A stretch of 11,383 bases of DNA from Promethearchaeota archaeon. Its GTDB lineage: Archaea > Asgardarchaeota > Hermodarchaeia > Hermodarchaeales > Hermodarchaeaceae. Under the pieces are notes generated by a model. That model was given only the letters and a program-made list of their open reading frames with translations. It made no database searches and had not been told where the DNA came from. The translations under genes were made by a program, and so were the position numbers. Shown piece after piece: positions 5,969 through 11,383 of this stretch (position 1 is its first letter; every line of letters starts with the position of its first letter). The stretch covers positions 1-11,383 of the forward strand of contig JBHLPR010000071.1 in assembly GCA_048939245.1 (NCBI GenBank), read 5' to 3'.

Positions 5969-8413
5969 ATGGTGACGAAGTCCTCTAAAGCCAAAGAGAA
6001 AAAGACTAAACCAAAGTCATCTCGCCGGAAATCTTCTAAGAAGATGTCATCAAAAACTGCGCTTTTTCTTTGTCACTGTGGCTCAAATATCGCCAGTGTT
6101 ATTGATATTGAATCGCTGCTTAACCACTACAAGAAACAGCCAAATCTTGTAGTGGTTGACGACGCACACCTATGCATTGAACAAGGATTGAATCTGATAC
6201 GGGATACAATCAAGAATGAACAAGTGGATCATGTTGTGGTCGCCGCGTGTTCTCCAAAATTGCATGGTGAACTAATGGGCAAGACTGTTGAAGAAGCCGG
6301 ATTAAATCATGGTTATCTTTACATCGCAAATATTCGTGAACAATGTAGCTGGGTCCACTGGGATAATCCCGAAGCCGCAACCGCTAAAGCCCGCCTAATG
6401 ATTGATGCAGCAATTCAAATGGCGCAGCATGCTCTGCCAATCAATTCAGTCAGTGTACCAATCATTAAACGCGTCCTTGTTTTAGGAGCAGGTCCGGCTG
6501 GCATCACAGCCGCCCTCCAACTTGCCAACGCTGGATATGAAATTATACTCGTAGAAAAAAGCGGCTTTTTAGGTGGCCACATGGCTAAATGGGACAAACT
6601 CTTTCCTAGCCTTGATTGCAGTCTTTGCATTCTCGGACCTCTCATGACCCAGGTGAATACTCATCCCAAAATCAAAGTACTTACCCTCAGTGAACTCACA
6701 GATGTGCATGGAACACCAGGGTCCTATCAGGTTAGCATTCATCAAAAACCCCGATACGTAGATATTGAAACCTGTAATGGTTGCAATAAGTGTCTGGAAA
6801 TTTGTCCTATTGAAGAACCCAGTGAGTACAATTATGGACTTGGGACTCGGCAAGCCATTATTCGACCCTATCCAAATACAGTTCCCTTAGCTCCATACAT
6901 TGACATGGACGCCTGTGTGGGCTGTCAATCTTGTGTGGGCATTTGTGAGAAAGAATCTATCCAGTTTGAAGACACTGACCGAGACCATACATTCAAGGTT
7001 GGCGCTATCATCGTCGCCACTGGGTTCGAACCTTATAATCCTCAACCTCTCAGCGAATATGGGTATGAACGCTATCCCGATGTCATCATTGCACCAGAAC
7101 TTGAAAGATTACTTGACCCCGCTGGACCCTCCCACGGTCTCATCGTACGTCCTTCAACGGGAGAACTCCCAAAACGAGTTGCCTTCGTGCAATGTGTTGG
7201 AAGTCGAGATATCCGCATAAACCGTCCCTACTGCAGCCGAATATGCTGTACTTATGCAGTCAAAGAAGCGATCCAACTACGTCTGGCTCAACCTGACACA
7301 GAAGTATTCATTTTCTACACTGACATGCGCACCTTTGGCAAAGGCTTCGAGGAGATGTATGAACGAGCAGCTCGTGAACATGGGATCACATTTATTCGTG
7401 GACGCGTTGCTGAAATCGAAGAAGACCCAGCAACAAAAAGACTTCTGTTACGTGCAGAAGATACAGAACTCTGTGAGCCAATTGAATTTCCAGCAGACTT
7501 GGTTGTATTAAGTGTCGGTGTTGATCCCCCTCCATCAAACCCCACCCTTGCCACCTTACTAAACATTCCATTGGATGAAAACAACTTCTTCCTCGAAAAG
7601 CACCCTAAACTCAATCCAACCGGAACCTATTCTGCAGGTATCTTCCTTGCAGGGACTTCTCAAGGTCCCAAGGACATCGCGGATACCGTCGCCCATGCAG
7701 GTCTAGCTGCAGCTCAGGTATCTTCCCTGTTGAATCGACGTAAAATTGCCCTCGAGGTGTATGCACCTGTTGTCGATGAAACGCTGTGTGAAAATTGTCT
7801 ATTGTGCGAGCAAACCTGCGATGCAAACGCCATATCTTTCGAAGACTCAAAAGTACCCCAAATAGACGAAATCGCTTGTACAGGTTGTGGGGCGTGTGTC
7901 GCGTCATGCCCAACTGGTGCATTAGATCTACCTGGTTTTACTCGCCAACAGCTCTTATCCGCTGTCCATTCGGCATGCCAGGCGAATCCCCTTCGCCCAG
8001 TAATTATCGGATTTTTATGCAACTGGTGTGCCTATGAAGCAGCAGATAGAGCAGGAGTTTATCGTCTCCGTTATCCTCCTCATATGATACCAATCCGCGT
8101 TCCATGTACTAGTCGACTAGATCCTTTACTTATTCTTGAAGCCTTTAGTCAGGGCGCTGATGGTGTCGTAATCCTTGGCTGTCATGAAACCGATTGTCAT
8201 TATCGCACAGGCGTGAATAAAGCAAAAGATCGCCTAAACAAAATGCAGCCCCTGCTAGATGAAATGGGAATTAATCCTGAACGAATTTTCTTTGGAAGCA
8301 CTTCAGCATCTGAGGGTGCTCGATTAGCTGAACTTGTTGAAGACTTTGTCAAAACAATTGTTGCGATGGGACCACTCGGTTCCGAGTTAGCCGTCACTAC
8401 AAAGGCTCGCTAA
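5969..8413 (+). CDS. hdrA: Heterodisulfide reductase subunit A fused to a C-terminal MvhD ([2Fe-2S]) domain
   Basis: FLCHCGSNIA, AACSP, NIREQCSWVH, VLVLGAGPAGITAA (FAD), FPSLDCSLC, CNGCNKCLEICP and CVGCQSCVGIC, ELERLL, QCVGSRD..YCSRICC..VK, GIFLAG..QGPKDI, CENCLLCEQTC and CTGCGACVASCP; MvhD part (about 7994-8410) GFLCNWCAY..AD, RVPCTSR, GADGV..GCHETDCHY. Start uncertain: GTG 5963, ATG 5969 or ATG 6044. Confidence 0.95.
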   Translation: MVTKSSKAKEKKTKPKSSRRKSSKKMSSKTALFLCHCGSNIASVIDIESLLNHYKKQPNLVVVDDAHLCIEQGLNLIRDTIKNEQVDHVVVAACSPKLHGELMGKTVEEAGLNHGYLYIANIREQCSWVHWDNPEAATAKARLMIDAAIQMAQHALPINSVSVPIIKRVLVLGAGPAGITAALQLANAGYEIILVEKSGFLGGHMAKWDKLFPSLDCSLCILGPLMTQVNTHPKIKVLTLSELTDVHGTPGSYQVSIHQKPRYVDIETCNGCNKCLEICPIEEPSEYNYGLGTRQAIIRPYPNTVPLAPYIDMDACVGCQSCVGICEKESIQFEDTDRDHTFKVGAIIVATGFEPYNPQPLSEYGYERYPDVIIAPELERLLDPAGPSHGLIVRPSTGELPKRVAFVQCVGSRDIRINRPYCSRICCTYAVKEAIQLRLAQPDTEVFIFYTDMRTFGKGFEEMYERAAREHGITFIRGRVAEIEEDPATKRLLLRAEDTELCEPIEFPADLVVLSVGVDPPPSNPTLATLLNIPLDENNFFLEKHPKLNPTGTYSAGIFLAGTSQGPKDIADTVAHAGLAAAQVSSLLNRRKIALEVYAPVVDETLCENCLLCEQTCDANAISFEDSKVPQIDEIACTGCGACVASCPTGALDLPGFTRQQLLSAVHSACQANPLRPVIIGFLCNWCAYEAADRAGVYRLRYPPHMIPIRVPCTSRLDPLLILEAFSQGADGVVILGCHETDCHYRTGVNKAKDRLNKMQPLLDEMGINPERIFFGSTSASEGARLAELVEDFVKTIVAMGPLGSELAVTTKAR

Positions 8414-8481
8414 GCCACAGGTCAATATCATCAAAGATTTAAGCCATAATCTTATCAAATACCCATAGGCAACTAAGAGGG

Positions 8482-10161
8482 TTGGAATGTTTGAGGAGAA
8501 TTCATAAAACGGTTGCTATTTTTATATTAGCCTCGAGCATATTCACCGGATTTTTTCCACTGTGGTCTTCACTATCAACAAAAGCTTATCGTCCAGAGGC
8601 TAGTTATGTAAGCACTGATTCTATCTGGAGCATAACCCATGGATCAGGAACGGGGCCCAATTGCTTCTATTCTATTGCAGCCTGTCAAGCAGGCGGGTTC
8701 ATTGCGACTGGGGTTATCCAAGATCCAGATCAAGGAATCGTATCGATTCCATTAGTGCGCATAGCAGAGGATGGGAGTATCTTTTGGTCGCGTATGTTAC
8801 AGCCCTTCAACTATCAAGTAGGAAGAGAAGTGATTGAATGCCAATCCGGCGGTTATGCCATCATTGGAGAAACAATGGAAAACAACCATGATGCAATCCT
8901 AATCCGCACGGATGACTCTGGCAACGTCTCCTGGTGCAGAACTTATGGTCGGTCTGCTTTTTTTGATACAGCGACATGTCTCGTTGAATGTCAGTCGGGA
9001 GGATTTGCCTTTGCTGGATATGGAAGAGATGGAACCCTCTCAAGATCAGATTTTTGGTTGGTGCGAACCGATGATCAAGGCACCTTACTATGGAACCGAT
9101 ATTACGGAAGAGACTACGATGATTTCTGTTATTCACTCATAGAAACTGATACTAGAAATTTCGTTTTAGCTGGTTCGACAAAAGATGTTGGAATGCAAAG
9201 CGAGGATGGATGGATACTTCAAACGACTTCTCTTGGGAGTGAGAATTGGAATGTTACCTGGGGGGGAGTTTATTCTCAAATCTGTCGGGATCTCGTTCAG
9301 ATAAATAGTGGAAACCTGGTTACTATTGGAAGCACTGATGGTGTTACCAATCAGAACTCTGACGGATTTCTTCTTTCATTAGATATTATGGGGAATATTT
9401 TATGGAGTACAACATTCGGTGGAACATCTGAAGAACTACCTTATGCCATAACTGAATGTCAAAATAGCACTTATGCTGTGACAGGTCGAATCAGCGAATT
9501 GGATGGAGACCAATACTCAAGAAATCTCTGGTTAGTCCGATTGAATTACAATGGAGAACAACTTTGGACTAAAAGCTATGGTGGGCATGCGGCTGATGAG
9601 GGGTGGTCAATCCTTCTAACTCTTAATGGTGATTTTGTAATTGTTGGAATGAGTGAAAGTTTAGTTGAAGGTTACGGAGCTTGGGGACTACGAGTGCCTG
9701 ATACGCCTCCTGATATCACTACTCGCATATTTGGCCCTCCGAATCTATATCTGATTGGACTTGGAACCGGGTTATCCTTACTGATGGTTTTAGGATCTTA
9801 TTTACTTCTACGACAAAGCCGAAAGGAAATCGCACTTCCTTGGTCAAAACCTTCACGTCGTGCCATCTTTAAGTCATATCTAAGGCCACGTTATATCGAC
9901 GAGTTATCTCCTATTCTTGCTGGGTCGTCTCGTTGCTGGAATTGTGGGGAAGTCAGCGCTCGAGCTGATGTGCGCTGTTCACACTGTTCTGCTTATCGTC
10001 ATCGCTGTCTCTTTTGTGATAAGGGTATTCATGAGGATGAACTGGTGATTTTTTGTCCTAGCTGCAAAGGTCTTGCGCATCAGCTTCATATGGAAGAATG
10101 GCTCCGAAAACGAGATTTTTGCCCCCAGTGTTTTTCAAAATTAGTGACACAACGGGACTAA
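8482..10161 (+). CDS. Type-I membrane protein: signal peptide, 7-bladed beta-propeller ectodomain, TM helix, Zn-ribbon, RING-variant domain (candidate transmembrane E3 ligase)
   Basis: RRIHK plus hydrophobic N-terminus; seven ~50-aa repeats ([YW]S[IL]xEC..GG[FY]xxxG ... [FW]L[VI]RTDxxGxxxWxxxYG); TM at L422-L443 (9745-9810) followed by RQSRK; C485xxC-x10-C499xxC; C509xxC-x12-CxxC-x4-HxxH-x3-W-x6-CPxC550. Confidence 0.85.
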   Translation: MECLRRIHKTVAIFILASSIFTGFFPLWSSLSTKAYRPEASYVSTDSIWSITHGSGTGPNCFYSIAACQAGGFIATGVIQDPDQGIVSIPLVRIAEDGSIFWSRMLQPFNYQVGREVIECQSGGYAIIGETMENNHDAILIRTDDSGNVSWCRTYGRSAFFDTATCLVECQSGGFAFAGYGRDGTLSRSDFWLVRTDDQGTLLWNRYYGRDYDDFCYSLIETDTRNFVLAGSTKDVGMQSEDGWILQTTSLGSENWNVTWGGVYSQICRDLVQINSGNLVTIGSTDGVTNQNSDGFLLSLDIMGNILWSTTFGGTSEELPYAITECQNSTYAVTGRISELDGDQYSRNLWLVRLNYNGEQLWTKSYGGHAADEGWSILLTLNGDFVIVGMSESLVEGYGAWGLRVPDTPPDITTRIFGPPNLYLIGLGTGLSLLMVLGSYLLLRQSRKEIALPWSKPSRRAIFKSYLRPRYIDELSPILAGSSRCWNCGEVSARADVRCSHCSAYRHRCLFCDKGIHEDELVIFCPSCKGLAHQLHMEEWLRKRDFCPQCFSKLVTQRD

Positions 10162-10243
10162 TTAATAAAACTACAAAAGGTAACGATTTTTAATCCACTA
10201 CTGTGACAATTCTATTAAGAATTGTATGTGAGGTCAACCAGGA

Positions 10244-11383
10244 GTGCCCAAAACCAACATTTTCTTTTTAGTGTTAATCTTTTCTACACTTGTTTTTCCA
10301 ATTCTTTCTTGGTACTGTTCTCCTGCTTCCGCCCTTACCACCAATGGTGGTATTGTGCCAAATAGTTCCTCACTACGTGAAACTGACCAACAATGGAACC
10401 AATTCTTCGATGCAAATCAATCCAGACAAGCGTTCTCACTCGCTGAAAGTCATCTCGGTGGCTTCATTATGACGGGTTACGTTATCAAATCGGCATCTGG
10501 TCTCGGTGATAAGACTATATGGCTGGCAAAAATCGATGCGGGGGGCAATATTGAATGGGAACGTCGGTTTTTAGAGGGCTCTTACGGTTGGGGGGAATCG
10601 GTTATCGAATGTGAGAATGATGATTTCGTGCTGACAGGAGTAATTGATGATGAATTTGCAACTATATTCGTTTTACGCACTGATTCACAAGGGAATCCTC
10701 GATGGATACGGATTTTTAATTTCACCCAACATCAAGAAGCATACGACATCTTAGAATTACCTTCAGGCAATTTAGTGGTTTGTGGCTGGGCTTGGACCTA
10801 TCGACCAACCAACCCAATTGATGGATTGGTAATTTGTCTTGATGACTCTGGAGAACTAATTTGGCATCGAAGGTATGGTGGACTATTAGAAGAACAATTT
10901 TATTCTCTGACTTATACGCATGAAGATGAATTGGTTCTCACAGGAATGACTGAAAGTCATGGAAATCCCTCAGGCGAGGTATGGCTAGTTAAGACAGATT
11001 TACAGGGTAATATGGTTTGGAATACATCTTTTAGTGGCATAGCCACAAGCCGTGGCTATGGTATTGCATGCGATTCGTCTAAAGAATTAACTATAGCTGG
11101 CTTCATCCGAGATGAGAGCAATGACAGGCTTAATGCATTCATTATTCATACTAGCGCAAATGGAACTCAGATCTGGAACCAAACCTTGGGTGAAGAATTA
11201 GATACGATTGCCTATTCTATTGTCTCTTGCTCTAATGGAGGTTATGCAATCGCCGGTAAGATATCCCAGTCTGCAAATAGTTACTGGTTTGATATGCTCG
11301 TTATCCGAGTCAGTGATTCTGGGGATATTCTTTGGCAAAAAGCCTATGGAGATGAGGGGAACGATGTCGGTCTTTCAATTATT
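10244..11383 (+). CDS. Paralogous signal-peptide beta-propeller protein, 3'-truncated by the window edge (absent from the ORF track)
   Basis: Manual translation from GTG 10244 (GTGAGG SD at about 10228-10233) is open for 380 codons to the window end: MPKTNIFFLVLIFSTLVFPILSWYCSPASA...IWLAKIDAGGNIEWERRF...ESVIECENDDFVLTG...LRTDSQGNPRW...VWLVKTDLQGNMVWN...YSIVSCSNGGYAIAG...IRVSDSGDILWQKAYGDEGNDVGLSII. Same repeat type as 8482..10161; six blades plus the start of a seventh. Confidence 0.88.
   Translation, partial: MPKTNIFFLVLIFSTLVFPILSWYCSPASALTTNGGIVPNSSSLRETDQQWNQFFDANQSRQAFSLAESHLGGFIMTGYVIKSASGLGDKTIWLAKIDAGGNIEWERRFLEGSYGWGESVIECENDDFVLTGVIDDEFATIFVLRTDSQGNPRWIRIFNFTQHQEAYDILELPSGNLVVCGWAWTYRPTNPIDGLVICLDDSGELIWHRRYGGLLEEQFYSLTYTHEDELVLTGMTESHGNPSGEVWLVKTDLQGNMVWNTSFSGIATSRGYGIACDSSKELTIAGFIRDESNDRLNAFIIHTSANGTQIWNQTLGEELDTIAYSIVSCSNGGYAIAGKISQSANSYWFDMLVIRVSDSGDILWQKAYGDEGNDVGLSII

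Noticed and set aside
4007-8413. Selenocysteine recoding in FwdB, HdrA or MvhD, which are selenoproteins in some archaea
   Set aside because: No in-frame TGA. The HdrA and MvhD sites are Cys. The TGA within TTT GAA at the FwdB ligand site is out of frame and the alignment there has no gap, so there is no frameshift or Sec evidence.
679-9142. Numerous short antisense or alternative-frame ORFs in the track (e.g. 1633-1986, 2143-2526, 4203-4535, 5417-5746, 6900-7220, 7315-7614, 8861-9136)
   Set aside because: All overlap well-supported genes and have no recognisable motifs, so they are shadow ORFs.
10290-10472. 60-aa ORF in the ORF track
   Set aside because: Out-of-frame shadow inside the real propeller gene that starts at 10244.
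8620-11383. DNA-level tandem repeats, CRISPR array or DGR template/variable repeats in the propeller genes
   Set aside because: The repeats are evident at protein level and degenerate in DNA. I saw no near-identical repeat pair, reverse transcriptase, cas gene or transposase in the window.

Overview
Archaeal genomic window (SD-like GGTGA/GAGG motifs, TATA-like boxes, HdrA/Fwd/CooC genes). The C4-H-H-C2 RING protein suggests Asgard archaea, which is an inference. Left to right: a putative type-I membrane/surface protein (+); a minus-strand cluster transcribed as fwdG-like ferredoxin > FwdB-like protein > CooC-type Ni ATPase > ICMT/PEMT-family methyltransferase > amidohydrolase; a divergent stand-alone HdrA-MvhD fusion (+); and two tandem paralogous beta-propeller proteins (+). 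The second propeller gene is missing from the ORF track and runs off the window end. Two things stand out. First, a receptor-like protein with the order signal peptide, 7-bladed propeller, TM helix, Zn-ribbon, RING, i.e. a candidate prokaryotic transmembrane E3 ubiquitin ligase with a tandem paralog. Second, an FwdB homolog that keeps its [4Fe-4S] ligands but has lost the W/Mo-ligating Cys-His and the catalytic Arg, with no fwdD in its cluster. All calls come from manual motif reading; no database searches were run.
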